This document shows, in pieces, positions 48,950-60,533 of a stretch of DNA of 64,000 nt (positions are counted from its first letter, which is position 1; every line of letters begins with the position of its first letter). Source of the DNA: Pseudomonadota bacterium (GTDB lineage: Bacteria > Desulfobacterota > Binatia > Binatales > Binataceae); assembly GCA_021324885.1 (NCBI GenBank), contig JAJPIF010000028.1, positions 35,798 through 99,797 of the forward strand, written 5' to 3'. Under the pieces are notes generated by a model. It saw only the letters and a program-made list of their open reading frames with translations. It ran no database searches and was not told the DNA's origin. The position numbers and the translations under genes were made by a program.

Positions 48950-49534
48950 TTACAGCCCCGCGAACGACCGGTTGCCGGGACTCCACGGCGGTGCGCGATG
49001 GATCGCCGGGAGTACGTCGGCGGGTTGGTCGACCACGGTCCACATCGCGGCGTGGCGTGGATCCATAAAACGCTCGTCGATGCAGCGGCTGAGCAGCGCG
49101 ACACAAGGCGCAAAAAAGTTGCGCGTATTGACCAGAACAATCGGTCCCGAATATAGGCCCAGGCGTTTCCAGGTGATGGCTTCGAACAGCTCTTCCAAAG
49201 TGCCGCAGCCGCCCGGCAGTGCGATAACGGCATCGACATCGGAGATCATCATTCGTTTGCGCTCATGGATATCGTTGACGATTATGAGTTCGGTCAGGCT
49301 GGTGTGTCCCCACTCCAGTTCGTGCATGAATTGCGGCAGGATGCCGATAACCCGCCCGCCGCTTTCCAGCGCTGCATTTGCCATCGCGCCCATCGAACCG
49401 ACGAGTCCACCCCCGTAAACGATCGTAATGTCGTGCGCGGCGAGAAGCCTGCCCAGTTCGCGCGCTGCCTCGTGATAGGCCGGATCGCACTGCCGGCTCG
49501 AGGCGCAGTAAACGCACACCTTTTTCACGTTCAT
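48950..49534 (-). CDS. LOG family nucleotide 5'-monophosphate phosphoribohydrolase (TIGR00730)
   Basis: CVYCASS, VYGGG, HERK, PGGCGTLEE. Confidence 0.93.
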   Translation of the reverse strand: MNVKKVCVYCASSRQCDPAYHEAARELGRLLAAHDITIVYGGGLVGSMGAMANAALESGGRVIGILPQFMHELEWGHTSLTELIIVNDIHERKRMMISDVDAVIALPGGCGTLEELFEAITWKRLGLYSGPIVLVNTRNFFAPCVALLSRCIDERFMDPRHAAMWTVVDQPADVLPAIHRAPPWSPGNRSFAGL

Positions 49535-49584
49535 GTACAAAGGTTAGCGAAGACCGTCGGAAGCGGCGAGCCGACGGCGCGATC

Positions 49585-50199
49585 TCACGGCTGATCCGGC
49601 TTTAACAAAAGCTGGCCATGAGGGGTTAGATTGGGTGTCTGCATCAGTTCCGCGGGGTTCCTGGTGAGCTCCCCGGATCGCTTGTAGACGGGCCGGCGTT
49701 CCTGCGCGGCGGCCTGCTTGATCTGCTGGAACATCAATGACTCCTGACGCCCCTTGGAAATACAATTCAGATTGGTGGTGGGATGGAAGGGGGCATTGCC
49801 GGGGGTGGAAAAGGTCGCCTGAATTGACAGATCAGTAGCCTCGGGTCCGTCCGGCTCCAGGTAAAAGTTGTAGACGGTCGTGGCCTCGTCGGTCGGTTCC
49901 GCCGGCGACTTCCCGAACGGTGTGCCGATCATGCCGCAATCGGCGTCCTGGAGGGTGAAGTGGCGCCCTTGTGCCTCGATTATTCCGTGGACGGGATCCT
50001 GTGCCTGAACCTTCAGTTGGTTATCCTTGATGACCTGCATGGTGGCGTCCCAGACCTCATCGTAGGGTACGTGGATGCTGGTTTTTTTCGCCGGTGCCGG
50101 GGGTGCTGATACGGCCTGATGGAAACATCCGCCGAGGAGCAGCACAAGGCCGGCAAGCGCGTTATGGTTTTTCAACTTCATCATCCGTGATTGCGGCAT
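49585..50199 (-). CDS. Hypothetical lipoprotein
   Basis: Lipobox LGGC after hydrophobic stretch; PYDEVWDA...D...GII pattern resembling BamC-like small lipoprotein folds; start may be 50184. Confidence 0.75.
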   Translation of the reverse strand: MPQSRMMKLKNHNALAGLVLLLGGCFHQAVSAPPAPAKKTSIHVPYDEVWDATMQVIKDNQLKVQAQDPVHGIIEAQGRHFTLQDADCGMIGTPFGKSPAEPTDEATTVYNFYLEPDGPEATDLSIQATFSTPGNAPFHPTTNLNCISKGRQESLMFQQIKQAAAQERRPVYKRSGELTRNPAELMQTPNLTPHGQLLLKPDQP

Positions 50200-50266
50200 T
50201 GCTCCCGCTGAGCCGACGGTTATGGTATCGTAAAATCGTCTGAATTTCGCAAAGGCTCAATCGATC

Positions 50267-51022
50267 ATGTCAGGCCATTCCAAGTGGAGTTCGATAAAGC
50301 ACAAAAAGGCGGCCACCGATGCCAAGCGTGGCAAGCTGTTCACCAAGCTAATCAAGGAGATCACCATCGCCGCGCGGCTGGGTGGCGGCGACGTGAAGGC
50401 TAATCCGCGCCTGCGCACCGCGGTTGCTGCCGCCAAAGCCCAGTCCATGCCCAACGATAACATCGATCGGGCAATCAAGAAGGGCACCGGTGAGCTGGGA
50501 GGAAATCAGCTCGAAACGGTGGTGTATGAGGGCTATGGACCTGGGGGGGTGGCAATTATAGCTGAGGCGCTGACGGACAACCGCAACCGTACCGTCGCCG
50601 AAATCCGCCACCTGTTCGGACGTCACAACGGCAATCTCGGCGAGACCGGATGCGTGGGATGGATGTTCAAAAAAAAGGGCATCATCACCGTCGAACGAGG
50701 AGCCGTAGAGGAGGAGAAGCTGTTCGAGCTGGCGCTGGAAGCCGGTGCCGAGGACATGTCGACTGACGATCCCGAGACTTTTCAGATTACCACCACGCCG
50801 GAGAACTATCAGAGTGTTCGCGATGCTCTCGAGAAGGCGGGGATTCCGATCGCTGCCGGTGAAGTTGCGCTTACTCCAGAGAATACCGTCCGGGTCTCGG
50901 GTCACGTTGCCGAGCAGGTAATCAAGCTGGTCGAGGAATTGGAGGATCACGACGATATCCAGAGCGTCTCCGCCAATTTCGATATCGACGCCGACGAACT
51001 GGCCCAGATTTCGGCCGCCTGA
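50267..51022 (+). CDS. yebC: YebC/PmpR family protein
   Basis: MSGHSKW, NPRLR, YEGYGPGG, TDNRNRT. Confidence 0.97.
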   Translation: MSGHSKWSSIKHKKAATDAKRGKLFTKLIKEITIAARLGGGDVKANPRLRTAVAAAKAQSMPNDNIDRAIKKGTGELGGNQLETVVYEGYGPGGVAIIAEALTDNRNRTVAEIRHLFGRHNGNLGETGCVGWMFKKKGIITVERGAVEEEKLFELALEAGAEDMSTDDPETFQITTTPENYQSVRDALEKAGIPIAAGEVALTPENTVRVSGHVAEQVIKLVEELEDHDDIQSVSANFDIDADELAQISAA

Positions 51023-51060
51023 GATAAGCCATCGTTCGTTCATGAACCTATAAATTTTTT

Positions 51061-51096
51061 TCCTCCCTGGCCGGGGAGAGGGTTTAGGGTGGAGGT
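51061..51096. repeat. REP-like element (CTCCC...GGGAGAGGG...GGGTG type)
   Basis: TCCTCCCTGGCCGGGGAGAGGGTTTAGGGTGGAGG; similar fragment near 15800. Confidence 0.4.
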
Positions 51097-51101
51097 GGTG
51101 G

Positions 51102-51617
51102 ATGAGGGTCATTGGGGTCGATCCGGGAAGCGCAGTCACGGGATTCGGAATCATTCAGGGCCACAACGGCACCGTTGAGCCGGTTGCGGCGGGAGTGGTT
51201 CGACCGCAGGCTCGCCTGACTTACCCGCAACGGCTTCACACAATCTACCAGCGTCTGTGTGAACTCATCGGGGAATACTCGCCCGATGCGATGAGTCTGG
51301 AGCGCAGTTTCGTTGCCCTCAACGTTCAGAGCGCCTTTCGCCTGGGCGAGGCTCGCGCGATGGCGCTGCTGGCGGCCGCGCACATGAGCTTGCCATTGTT
51401 CGAGTATGCTCCCGCCAACGTCAAGCTTACCGTTGCCGGCCATGGGCGAGCGGGCAAAAGCCAGGTCAAATTTATGGTCCGCCGCGCCCTGGCCATGGAC
51501 GAGTCCTCAATCTTGACCGACGATGCCGCCGACGCACTGGCGATCGCGCTATGCCACTTGAGCATGGCGCGGTTTCCCGCAGCCAATCCCCAGCGTCGGC
51601 GCGGCGTTCGATGTTGA
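51102..51617 (+). CDS. ruvC: Holliday junction endonuclease RuvC
   Basis: IGVDPGS, LGEAR, EYAP..VK, DAADALAIA. Confidence 0.96.
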   Translation: MRVIGVDPGSAVTGFGIIQGHNGTVEPVAAGVVRPQARLTYPQRLHTIYQRLCELIGEYSPDAMSLERSFVALNVQSAFRLGEARAMALLAAAHMSLPLFEYAPANVKLTVAGHGRAGKSQVKFMVRRALAMDESSILTDDAADALAIALCHLSMARFPAANPQRRRGVRC

Positions 51618-51688
51618 CAACCTGTCCTTTCGCTCTTTTGTGGCTGGGGACGATGCCAATATTCTGATTCGAAAATAACGATGCGCAA

Positions 51689-52297
51689 ATGATTGCGACC
51701 ATTAATGGCAAACTGGCGGTGCGTGAGCCCGGCCGCGTGATCGTCGAAACCGCCGGCGTCGGATACGAGATCGCGATTCCGCTCAGCACCTACTATCGGC
51801 TTCCGCCCGCGGGCAGCCCGGTGATGCTCGAAGTGCGCCAGGTGATTCGCGAAGATTCCTGGCAGCTCTACGGCTTTATGAGTGTGGGTGAAAAACGCGC
51901 CTTTGATCTCTTGATGCAGGTTCAGCATGTCGGACCCAAGTTGGCTCTGGGCGTGCTGTCCAACCTTTCCCCTGAGGACCTGGTGGCCGCGATTGGCCGC
52001 GAAGATGTGGCACGGCTGGACGCGGTTCCGGGTATCGGCACCCGGGTTGCCGAGCGCATCGTCAGGGAACTGCGTGACAAGGCGGCCGATTTGAAATTGA
52101 TCGCACCGGCCGCTGTCGCTCCCGCCTCCGCCGGCGGCGTGGTGGATGATGCCGTATCGGCACTGATCAATCTGGGTTACAAGCCCGCCGAAGCAAAGGG
52201 CGCCGTGGATTCGATTCTGCCTGAGGACGGAGGCGAGGAGATTGGTCTGGAGAACGTAATCCGCAAAGCTTTGGCGGTGCTGGCCAGTGAACGATGA
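51689..52297 (+). CDS. ruvA: Holliday junction branch migration protein RuvA
   Basis: [38 protein letters not shown]. Confidence 0.96.
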   Translation: MIATINGKLAVREPGRVIVETAGVGYEIAIPLSTYYRLPPAGSPVMLEVRQVIREDSWQLYGFMSVGEKRAFDLLMQVQHVGPKLALGVLSNLSPEDLVAAIGREDVARLDAVPGIGTRVAERIVRELRDKAADLKLIAPAAVAPASAGGVVDDAVSALINLGYKPAEAKGAVDSILPEDGGEEIGLENVIRKALAVLASER

Positions 52298-53327
52298 CAA
52301 TCAAGCGCCGTCCCGGCGCAGACGCTCCGCCATAAGCGCTCCGATCGAAACCGAGGAGGAGCGGAAACTTGATCTTTCGCTGCGCCCGCGCACGCTGCAT
52401 GATTTCGTCGGGCAAGAGCGGCTCAAGAAAATCCTCGGCATGTCGATTCAGGCAACGCGCGCCCGCGGCGACGTGCTCGACCATGTCCTGCTCTCCGGCC
52501 CGCCCGGCCTGGGCAAGACTTCGCTGGCGCATATCATCGCGCGGGAACTGCGCGTCAATTTCCGCCAGACCTCGGGGCCGGCGATCGAGCGCGCCGGCGA
52601 CCTCGCCGCGCTGGTGGTCGACCTTCAGCAGGGCGACGTCCTTTTTATTGACGAAATCCACCGTTTGGCGCGGCCGGTGGAAGAGGTGCTCTATCCGGCG
52701 ATGGAAGACTTTCAATTGAACATCGTCGTGGGCAAGGGGCCGGGGGCCCGCGCGATGCCGCTGGCGGTCAAGCCGTTCACCCTGATCGGCGCGACCACGA
52801 GATCGGGGATGCTCAGTTCGCCGCTGCGCGACCGCTTCGGTCAGCATTTCCATCTTGAGTTTTACGACAAGGCTCAATTGGCCGAGATCATCCGCCGCTC
52901 CGCACATCTGCTCAAAATCGAGTTAGAGGCCGATGCGGCGGCCGAGATGGCGTCGCGATCGCGCGGCACCCCGCGAATCGCCAATCGGATGCTGCGACGG
53001 GTGCGGGACTTTGCCCAGGTCACGGGCGCGGCCGTGGTGACTCGTCAGGTGGCGCTCGAATGCCTGGATCTCCTGGATATCGACAAGTGCGGCTTCGATC
53101 AGATGGATCGCCTGATCCTGAGCGCTATTATCGATAAGTTCGACGGCGGTCCGGTCGGGGTCGAAAGCCTCGCCGCAGCGATCGGCGAAGAGCGCGATAC
53201 GATCGAGGAAGTTTACGAACCCTACCTGCTGCAGGAAGGCTTCATCGCCCGCACGGCCAAAGGCCGGATAGCCACTGCCCGCGCTTACAACCATCTGGGC
53301 AAAAACCGCCAGGGTACCCTGCTGTGA
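52287..53327 (+). CDS. ruvB: Holliday junction DNA helicase RuvB
   Basis: [36 protein letters not shown]. Confidence 0.98.
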   Translation: MNDDNQAPSRRRRSAISAPIETEEERKLDLSLRPRTLHDFVGQERLKKILGMSIQATRARGDVLDHVLLSGPPGLGKTSLAHIIARELRVNFRQTSGPAIERAGDLAALVVDLQQGDVLFIDEIHRLARPVEEVLYPAMEDFQLNIVVGKGPGARAMPLAVKPFTLIGATTRSGMLSSPLRDRFGQHFHLEFYDKAQLAEIIRRSAHLLKIELEADAAAEMASRSRGTPRIANRMLRRVRDFAQVTGAAVVTRQVALECLDLLDIDKCGFDQMDRLILSAIIDKFDGGPVGVESLAAAIGEERDTIEEVYEPYLLQEGFIARTAKGRIATARAYNHLGKNRQGTLL

Positions 53328-53402
53328 ATTTGCCGCCCGCCCGCCGCGGTGGAGGTCGTCTCCCCGATTTTATAGCGGCGCGTTTCGGTGCAAGCGTTCC
53401 GG

Positions 53403-54878
53403 TTACGGTGTGGTGCCGAGCAGACCTGGCTTGGCGCGGCGGTAATCGGAGTCGAAGGCGTCGAAAAACTCGGCTGCCAGGCGGCGCTGTTCTTCTCGTA
53501 CCTGCCGTCCGTAATCCGGCGCTAACGCCGAGGCGATGCGGGCCAGCAGCTCGAGCGTTGGTGCGTTGAGCAACTCGGCGCTGATCGACCCGGATAGCAT
53601 CGTGCCGCCCTGCGGGCCCGCCGACGCCGAAAACGCGGTGGCGATCCCTTCGCCGCCGTTGCCTTGCGCGATCGTGTGCAGATACTGTCCTGCCAGCAGG
53701 ATGGTCAGCGGATGAATAAGCGGCGGCGCGATCAGCGCAGGAACGCCGGCCATATGCGAGATGAGTTCAATCGTGCCGCCGCGATTTGCAAACCCGATCG
53801 CGAAACGGATGTGGCTTAGACCCAGCCTCATCCCGAATCGCTCCATGGCTATCGTGCTTTCCAGGTAGCAATGCCCGGCCCTGAGCTCGCCGAGATCCAG
53901 CGATGGTCCTGCCGGGCGCATCGCGGCGTCCATCGGCGCGGGCATCCCATTGCGCAGGATGAACGCGAGAGTGATGACGCCTTGGTGGATGCCCGTCACA
54001 AACCATCGCCGGCCCTGCGCGTCGCGGACGACGGTTTGCACATCGAGATATCCGGCGACCTCGCGCCAGAACGTGCGAAGATAGGGATACGGCGCGAGAG
54101 CATCTTCGCGAACTTCCGCTTCCACATTGACGAGCACCCATGGTCCCGACGGCGAGGAGAATTCGTCCAGGATGTTGTAGAAGTTCAAGTAGTGGTTGAG
54201 GCGTTGCGCCGTCGCCGGCAAATCCCTCTGCAAACGCGCCATGAATGCCTGATCGTGTTGATTGAAAACGCCCGGCTTTTCGTCCCATGGTGGTGCCATC
54301 GTGCCATCGATTTCCCGTTGAAATCCAAGTGCCGATTCCAGACCGCTTGCGGGAGTCATCAGACCAGAAAGATAAAGTAAAGCGTTAAATCCTGCGATGA
54401 CGCTTGCGGGTGTCTGCCCCGCTGGTCCGCGCGCTGGCCTGATTGTCAGCAGACCCCCGAACTGGCCCGGTTGCTGGGGCTTGCTCGGACTTTGAAGCAG
54501 TCGGTACAGGTAGTTGGCGCCGTCAGGTCTGCCGTCAACCGCCAGATACCGCCCATCTGCGGAATCGGTGCGCCACGGAATTTTGGAACTGGTGTAAAGC
54601 GTGGGCATCTCGATCGGTATCAGTTCTGGCTCCGGCAGATGGTCGATTATCCGCTGTAATTGTGGCGAGAACAGCGGATGGAGGATGAGCTTGCGGTCGA
54701 GCGCATGAATTCGATCGAAGGTCTGCAGCGCCCGCGCCGCCTGCCCGGCGGGCGCGAGTCTCAGTAAGGGCGCCAGCAGGTTTTGCTGCGGTGGAGCGAA
54801 TCCGCTGACGGCGCCGGGTTGTGTCTGGGCCAAGCTGCAGGGAGCACCAGGGATTCCCGCGGCAACAAGCAAGACCAT
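53403..54878 (-). CDS. Hypothetical exported protein (about 490 aa)
   Basis: Long ORF filling the ruvB-rpmE gap; signal-peptide-like start; the upstream ORF extension overlaps rpmE antisense, so the start is placed near 54878. Confidence 0.7.
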   Translation of the reverse strand: MVLLVAAGIPGAPCSLAQTQPGAVSGFAPPQQNLLAPLLRLAPAGQAARALQTFDRIHALDRKLILHPLFSPQLQRIIDHLPEPELIPIEMPTLYTSSKIPWRTDSADGRYLAVDGRPDGANYLYRLLQSPSKPQQPGQFGGLLTIRPARGPAGQTPASVIAGFNALLYLSGLMTPASGLESALGFQREIDGTMAPPWDEKPGVFNQHDQAFMARLQRDLPATAQRLNHYLNFYNILDEFSSPSGPWVLVNVEAEVREDALAPYPYLRTFWREVAGYLDVQTVVRDAQGRRWFVTGIHQGVITLAFILRNGMPAPMDAAMRPAGPSLDLGELRAGHCYLESTIAMERFGMRLGLSHIRFAIGFANRGGTIELISHMAGVPALIAPPLIHPLTILLAGQYLHTIAQGNGGEGIATAFSASAGPQGGTMLSGSISAELLNAPTLELLARIASALAPDYGRQVREEQRRLAAEFFDAFDSDYRRAKPGLLGTTP

Positions 54879-54968
54879 CAAAAGCCGATGGGCAACGTGC
54901 CGGGCGATTGTGCGATATACCTGCGGCTGATAGGTTGTAAGATTACGGTTAGCGCTTAAATTAAGGAT

Positions 54969-55169
54969 ATGAAAGCTGGGATCCATCCTAAATATCGACG
55001 TTGCGTGGTGACTTGCGCCTGTGGCAACACCTTCGAAACCCGGTCCACGCTGGGCTCGCTGCACGTTGAAGTCTGCTCCAAATGCCATCCGTTTTATACG
55101 GGCCAACAACGGCTGGTTGATACGGCGGGACGGGTGGAGCGCTTCAAGCGCAAATACGGGCTGCAGTAA
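54969..55169 (+). CDS. rpmE: 50S ribosomal protein L31 (Zn-binding type A)
   Basis: [29 protein letters not shown]. Confidence 0.97.
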   Translation: MKAGIHPKYRRCVVTCACGNTFETRSTLGSLHVEVCSKCHPFYTGQQRLVDTAGRVERFKRKYGLQ

Positions 55170-55264
55170 CCGGCTCGGTCCGGCGCGCTCACTGGTTGGA
55201 ATCACGCGGCGGCTTTCGCGGTCGCCGCGTTGATTTGTGTTGCCGGTCGGGCTGAACCGCTATC

Positions 55265-56326
55265 ATGCTGGATAAGGTCAAGGGAATCGAAGAACGCTAC
55301 GCGGAATTGGAGCGCCAACTGGGTGATCCGGCCGCGACCGCGAACAGCCGCGAGTACGCCCGCCTGGCCAAGGAGCGTTCGCAACTCCAGGAGGTAGTGG
55401 AGTGCATCCGCGAGTACCGGCGGGTGCAGAATGAGATTGCGGATTACAAATCCGCCCTTGAATCCAACGACGCCGAACTGCGCGAATTGGCCAAGGAGGA
55501 GCTGCCGGCCTTGCGCGAGCAGCAGACCAATCTCGAGGCTCGTCTTAAGCAATTGATGACGCCGCGCGATCCCAACGACGAAAAGGACGTAATCCTGGAA
55601 ATCCGCGCTGGGACCGGTGGTGAGGAAGCGTCACTCTTTGCCGCCGACCTCTTCCGCATGTATTCGCGGTACGCCGAAGAGCGTGGCTGGAAGGTCGAGG
55701 TGCTGAGCATGAGCACCACCGGCTTGGGCGGTATCAAGGAAGTTATTGCGTCGATTGCGGGGCGCGGCGCATGGAGCCGCTTCAAGTTCGAGGGTGGAGT
55801 CCATCGCGTACAGCGCGTCCCCGCCACCGAAGCTTCGGGGCGGATTCACACTTCCGCGGTGACTGTCGCGGTGCTCCCCGAAGCCGACGAAGTGGAGATT
55901 AACATCAACGAAGAAAAGGATTTGCGCATTGACGTGATGCGCGCTTCCGGGCCGGGCGGCCAAAGCGTCAACACCACCGACTCGGCGGTGCGAATCACGC
56001 ATCTGCCCACCGGGATGGTGATCATCTGCCGCGACGAGAAGTCGCAGCACAAGAACAAGGCGCGGGCGCTCAAGATCCTGCGCGCGCGGCTGCTGGACAA
56101 GGCGCGCGAGGAGCAGGAGGCCAAAATCGCCGAAAGCCGCCGTTCGATGGTCGGGACGGGTGATCGCTCGGAGCGAATTCGCACCTATAATTTTCCGCAA
56201 TCCCGCGTTACCGACCATCGCATCAATCTGACACTCCATCAACTCGAACGGGTGCTCGACGGCGGCCTTGACCCGCTGATCGACGCGCTCGCCACACAGG
56301 AACAAGCCCAGGCACTCAGTGCCTGA
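55265..56326 (+). CDS. prfA: Peptide chain release factor 1
   Basis: [17 protein letters not shown] (PxT), GGQ, RIRTYNF. Confidence 0.98.
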   Translation: MLDKVKGIEERYAELERQLGDPAATANSREYARLAKERSQLQEVVECIREYRRVQNEIADYKSALESNDAELRELAKEELPALREQQTNLEARLKQLMTPRDPNDEKDVILEIRAGTGGEEASLFAADLFRMYSRYAEERGWKVEVLSMSTTGLGGIKEVIASIAGRGAWSRFKFEGGVHRVQRVPATEASGRIHTSAVTVAVLPEADEVEININEEKDLRIDVMRASGPGGQSVNTTDSAVRITHLPTGMVIICRDEKSQHKNKARALKILRARLLDKAREEQEAKIAESRRSMVGTGDRSERIRTYNFPQSRVTDHRINLTLHQLERVLDGGLDPLIDALATQEQAQALSA

Positions 56327-56338
56327 TTACGGCGCCCA

Positions 56339-57211
56339 ATGACCGCTATCGACACGCGCACGCAGGCGAGGAATTTGCTTGCTGAAGCGTCAGCCATTTT
56401 TACCAGGAACGGGATCGACAGTCCCGAATTGGACGCCGAATTGCTGCTGGCGGCTGCGGCCGGAGTCGATCGTACGCGTCTGCTGGCCGGTTGCTGGTCT
56501 GCCGATCGGGAATGCGTGCGGCGTTTCCATTTGTTGGTCGAGCGGCGCGCGGCCCGAGAACCGATCGCATACATAGTGGGGCGTAAGGAGTTTTATGGCC
56601 TCGATTTCGAAGTTGGTCCGACCGTCCTTATCCCGCGGCCGGAAACCGAGCTGCTGGTCGATTGCGCTCTGAAAATTCTGCGCGCCAGGCCGGGGTCCCG
56701 CGTACTCGATATCGGCACCGGTTCAGGAGCGATCGCGGTAGCGATTGCGGTGCATGCTCCGGATGCCGAAGTTACCGCCACGGACCTTTCCGCGGCGGCA
56801 TTGGAGCTGGCGGCCCGCAACGTTCGCCACCACGGATGCGGGCTGCGGATAAACCTCTTTGTCGGCGACCTTTTTGCCGCGCTGCCCTGTTCGCATCAGA
56901 AATACGATTTGATAGTCTCCAATCCGCCGTATGTTCGCGAAGAGGATATTGCGCAGCTCGATCCTGAAGTGGCACGTTACGAGCCGCAAATGGCGCTATC
57001 GGGAGGCAAAGACGGTTTGGATTTTTATCGGCGTTTGGCGGCCGAGGCGGCATCTTATCTACGGCCTCGAGGCGAAGTGATCGTCGAAGTTGGAGCCGGT
57101 CAGGCGGCCGAGGTGGCCGGACTGCTGGAGGCGGGTGGGTGCCGCGCGGTTGAAACGCTGCGGGATTTGGCTGGACACGAGCGCGCCGTTCGCGCCCGCC
57201 TGGCGCACTGA
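56339..57211 (+). CDS. prmC: Release factor glutamine methyltransferase
   Basis: [20 protein letters not shown]. Confidence 0.96.
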   Translation: MTAIDTRTQARNLLAEASAIFTRNGIDSPELDAELLLAAAAGVDRTRLLAGCWSADRECVRRFHLLVERRAAREPIAYIVGRKEFYGLDFEVGPTVLIPRPETELLVDCALKILRARPGSRVLDIGTGSGAIAVAIAVHAPDAEVTATDLSAAALELAARNVRHHGCGLRINLFVGDLFAALPCSHQKYDLIVSNPPYVREEDIAQLDPEVARYEPQMALSGGKDGLDFYRRLAAEAASYLRPRGEVIVEVGAGQAAEVAGLLEAGGCRAVETLRDLAGHERAVRARLAH

Positions 57212-57230
57212 CAGCGCGCAGGCTCAATTC

Positions 57231-58499
57231 ATGGATAAAATCGTTATCAAGGGCGGCGTGCCGTTGGCCGGCGAGGTGATGGTAAGCGGCAGCAAAAATG
57301 CCGCGCTGCCGATCATGATGGCGTCGCTGTTGACATCGGAGCCGGTCGTAATCCGAAATGTCCCACAATTGCGTGATATCGCGACAGCCTTGAGCCTGTT
57401 GCACAATCTCGGCGTCGAAGGTCGATGGCTGGACGATCACACCCTGGAGCTGTGCGCCTCGCGCATCATTTCGCATCAGGCGCCCTACGAACTCGTCAAG
57501 ACCATGCGCGCCTCCTTCTTCGTGCTGGGGCCGCTGTTGGCCAGGACCGGCCGGGCGCGGGTTTCGACCCCCGGTGGATGCGCGATCGGAGCGCGTCCCG
57601 TCAATCTGCATATCCGCGGCATTCGCGCTCTCGGCACCCGTATCCAGATGCGCCATGGCTATGTTGAAGCGCATGCCGATCGCCTGACCGGGGCGCGCAT
57701 ATGGCTTGACACGCCGTCGGTGGGAGCGACGGAGAATATCCTGATGGCGGCGGTGCTCGCACGGGGTCATACGACGTTGGAAAATGCCGCCCGCGAGCCC
57801 GAGGTCCAGGACCTGGCCCGGATGCTCAATGCGATGGGAGCGAAGATCCGCGGCGCCGGCAGTCATGTGATTGAGATCGAGGGCGTGGAGCGGCTGCACG
57901 GGACCGAGCACACCGTGATCAACGATCGGATCGAGGCCGGCACACTGATGGTAGCGGCGGCAATTACCGGTGGCGACGTGCTGGTGCGCGGCGCCTGCGC
58001 CGATCAACTCAAAGCCACTATCGCCAAGCTCCAGGAAAGCGGCATCGAGGTGACGCCCGAAGCCGACGGGTTGCGGGTCAGGCGCAAGGGTCCGGTCCGC
58101 CCGGTTGAACTGCGGACTCTGCCGTACCCCGGCTTTCCCACGGATTTGCAGGCCCAGATGATGGCGCTGCTGGCCCACGGCGAAGGTACTTCGGTTATCA
58201 CCGAAACAATCTTTGAAAATCGCTTTATGCATGCGCTGGAGTTGCTGCGCATGGGCGCCGATATCGTGATGAAGGGACCGACCGCGGTGGTCAGGGGCGT
58301 GCCCAGGCTGAGCGGCGCGCCGGTCATGGCGACCGACCTGCGAGCCAGCAGCAGCCTGGTGCTGGCGGGATTGGCGGCGGAAAATACCACCGAAGTCCAT
58401 CGCGTTTATCATCTTGACCGGGGCTACGAGGCGCTCGACAGTAAACTCAGGTCGTTGGGAGCGCGAATCGAGCGCGTCCCCGACCGCGGAGCATCATGA
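57231..58499 (+). CDS. murA: UDP-N-acetylglucosamine 1-carboxyvinyltransferase
   Basis: [20 protein letters not shown] (catalytic Cys), [14 protein letters not shown]. Confidence 0.98.
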   Translation: MDKIVIKGGVPLAGEVMVSGSKNAALPIMMASLLTSEPVVIRNVPQLRDIATALSLLHNLGVEGRWLDDHTLELCASRIISHQAPYELVKTMRASFFVLGPLLARTGRARVSTPGGCAIGARPVNLHIRGIRALGTRIQMRHGYVEAHADRLTGARIWLDTPSVGATENILMAAVLARGHTTLENAAREPEVQDLARMLNAMGAKIRGAGSHVIEIEGVERLHGTEHTVINDRIEAGTLMVAAAITGGDVLVRGACADQLKATIAKLQESGIEVTPEADGLRVRRKGPVRPVELRTLPYPGFPTDLQAQMMALLAHGEGTSVITETIFENRFMHALELLRMGADIVMKGPTAVVRGVPRLSGAPVMATDLRASSSLVLAGLAAENTTEVHRVYHLDRGYEALDSKLRSLGARIERVPDRGAS

Positions 58500-59830
58500 G
58501 CCTGCCAATCCTTTCCTCCCGAACTCCCGCCTTCAAGCAATGGTTGCAGCAACTGCTGGAGCATCGCAGCGCGTTGGGCAATGGCGTTGAAGGGGCTGTG
58601 GCTTCGATAATCGAAGCAGTGCGGGAGCGCGGCGACGACGCCCTGCTCGAACTGACCGAACGCTACGACCACGTCACCCTGAGCAAATCGGACTTGAGGG
58701 TCAGCGGGCAGGAAATTGCGCGCGCGCTTTCGGGTCTGGCCCGCGACGAGCGCAAGGCATTGGAGACCGCCGCCAAACGTATCCGCGAGTTCCATCGCCG
58801 CACGCTGGAGAAGTCTTTCAGTTACAAGGATCAGTTCGGGATGCGGCTGGGGCAGTTGATTCAGCCGCTGGCGCGGGTCGGCATATATGTGCCGGGCGGA
58901 GCTGCGGCCTATCCATCAACCGTGCTGATGAATGCGATTCCCGCGCGCGTGGCCGGGGTCCGCGAAATCGTGATGGTGTGTCCCGCAGCCGACGATGTCC
59001 ATCCCAAGGTCGTGCTGGCGGCGGCGGCGATTGCGGAAATCGACGAGCTTTATCGAATCGGCGGCGCCCAGGCGATTGCCGCCCTGGCGTACGGTACCCG
59101 CACTATCCGCGCCGTGGACAAAATCGTCGGCCCGGGCAACGCCTATGTGCAGACCGCCAAGCGGATGGTTTACGGCAAGGTCGACATAGACAAGACCGCT
59201 GGCCCCAGCGAAGTCCTGGTCATCGCCGACGACAGCGCCGACCCGGACTGGGTGGCAGCCGATCTGATTGCGCAGGCAGAGCACGGCTCAGGCGGGGAAT
59301 CGGCAATTGTGCTGACCACGTCGCGCACCATCGCAATGAAGGTGGTGGAGGCGCTGGAGAACGCCTTGCTGGATTTGCCTCGCGCTCCGGCAGTCAAAGC
59401 GGTGTTGGAAAAACGCGGCGCAGTGGTGCTGGTCAAAAACCTTCCCGAAGCCTGCGAAATCGCCAATCAGATTGCGCCCGAGCATCTGGAAATCGAGGTG
59501 CGCCAGCCGGAGCAACTGCTCAAATGGGTGCGCGCGGCCGGTGCGGTCTTTGTGGGACCGCTCAGTCCCGCGCCGCTGGGCGATTATCTGGCCGGGCCCA
59601 ATCATATTCTGCCCACCGGGGGTACGGCCCGCTTCGCCTCTCCGCTGGGAGCGTACGATTTCGTCAAGCGAACCAGTATAATTCAGGCCACTCCCGCCGC
59701 GGTGGCGAAGCTCGGCCCGGTGGTGGCCCAATTGGCCCGGATGGAAGGGTTTGAAGGCCATGCCCGCGCGATCGAACAGCGGTTGAAGGAGCCGGCGGCC
59801 AAGCGGAGGGTTGCACGCAATGGGCGGTAA
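58496..59830 (+). CDS. hisD: Histidinol dehydrogenase
   Basis: GIYVPGG, GGAQAI, GPGN, AGPSE, QAEH, APEHL, GDY.AGPNH. Confidence 0.97.
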   Translation: MSLPILSSRTPAFKQWLQQLLEHRSALGNGVEGAVASIIEAVRERGDDALLELTERYDHVTLSKSDLRVSGQEIARALSGLARDERKALETAAKRIREFHRRTLEKSFSYKDQFGMRLGQLIQPLARVGIYVPGGAAAYPSTVLMNAIPARVAGVREIVMVCPAADDVHPKVVLAAAAIAEIDELYRIGGAQAIAALAYGTRTIRAVDKIVGPGNAYVQTAKRMVYGKVDIDKTAGPSEVLVIADDSADPDWVAADLIAQAEHGSGGESAIVLTTSRTIAMKVVEALENALLDLPRAPAVKAVLEKRGAVVLVKNLPEACEIANQIAPEHLEIEVRQPEQLLKWVRAAGAVFVGPLSPAPLGDYLAGPNHILPTGGTARFASPLGAYDFVKRTSIIQATPAAVAKLGPVVAQLARMEGFEGHARAIEQRLKEPAAKRRVARNGR

Positions 59831-60497
59831 GCTCGTAAAAAATGGGAAGCGTAAAAAATCGGCCAATGGCCAAGGGATTGGCGCGGCCATGGTGAGCGCC
59901 GACCGCTCCCCTCGGTGCGCCGCGATCGAGCGCAAAACCCGGGAGACCCAGATTAAAGTCGAACTCATGCTTGACGGCAGCGGACGCGCCCGGATTTCCA
60001 CCGGAGTCCCATTTCTCGACCATATGCTGGACAGCTTTGCGCGCCACGGCTTCTTCGATTTGACAATAGACGCGCACGGCGACACTGAAATCGACGACCA
60101 TCATACGGTCGAGGACGTCGGTATCGTGATGGGACGCGCGTTCAGCCAGGCTTTGGGAGATCGTGCCGGTATCAAGCGCTTTGGCAGCGCGGTGGTGCCG
60201 TTGGACGAGGCGCTCTGCACCTCGGTGGTCGATCTGAGCGGGCGCTCCTTTCTCGCTTACAACGTCAAGATCAAGCAGGAGCGCGTTGGCCATTTTCAGA
60301 CCGAACTGGTGCACGACTTCCTCAAGGCCTTCAGCGATGAGGCGCGGATGAACCTGCACGTCATCATGCACAGCGGCCGCAATCCCCATCACATGATCGA
60401 GACCATCTTCAAATCGCTGGCCAAGGCGATGGACCAGGCCACCGCCGTCGAACTCAGAACCCAGGGCGTCCTGTCAACCAAGGGAACTTTGTCCTGA
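59820..60497 (+). CDS. hisB: Imidazoleglycerol-phosphate dehydratase
   Basis: RKTRET, FLDHML, DDHHTVED, NPHH..E..FK, STKG; start 59820 or 59880 uncertain. Confidence 0.96.
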   Translation: MGGKLVKNGKRKKSANGQGIGAAMVSADRSPRCAAIERKTRETQIKVELMLDGSGRARISTGVPFLDHMLDSFARHGFFDLTIDAHGDTEIDDHHTVEDVGIVMGRAFSQALGDRAGIKRFGSAVVPLDEALCTSVVDLSGRSFLAYNVKIKQERVGHFQTELVHDFLKAFSDEARMNLHVIMHSGRNPHHMIETIFKSLAKAMDQATAVELRTQGVLSTKGTLS

Positions 60498-60533
60498 GAA
60501 GGCGCTCAGGGTCTAATCCGCCAAAATCCGGCC

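Noticed and set aside
54879-55205. N-terminal 109 aa of the 600-aa ORF as a true overlapping gene
   Set aside because: Antisense to the highly conserved rpmE; a signal-like start exists downstream
56772-58412. 546-aa minus-strand ORF
   Set aside because: Antisense shadow of prmC/murA
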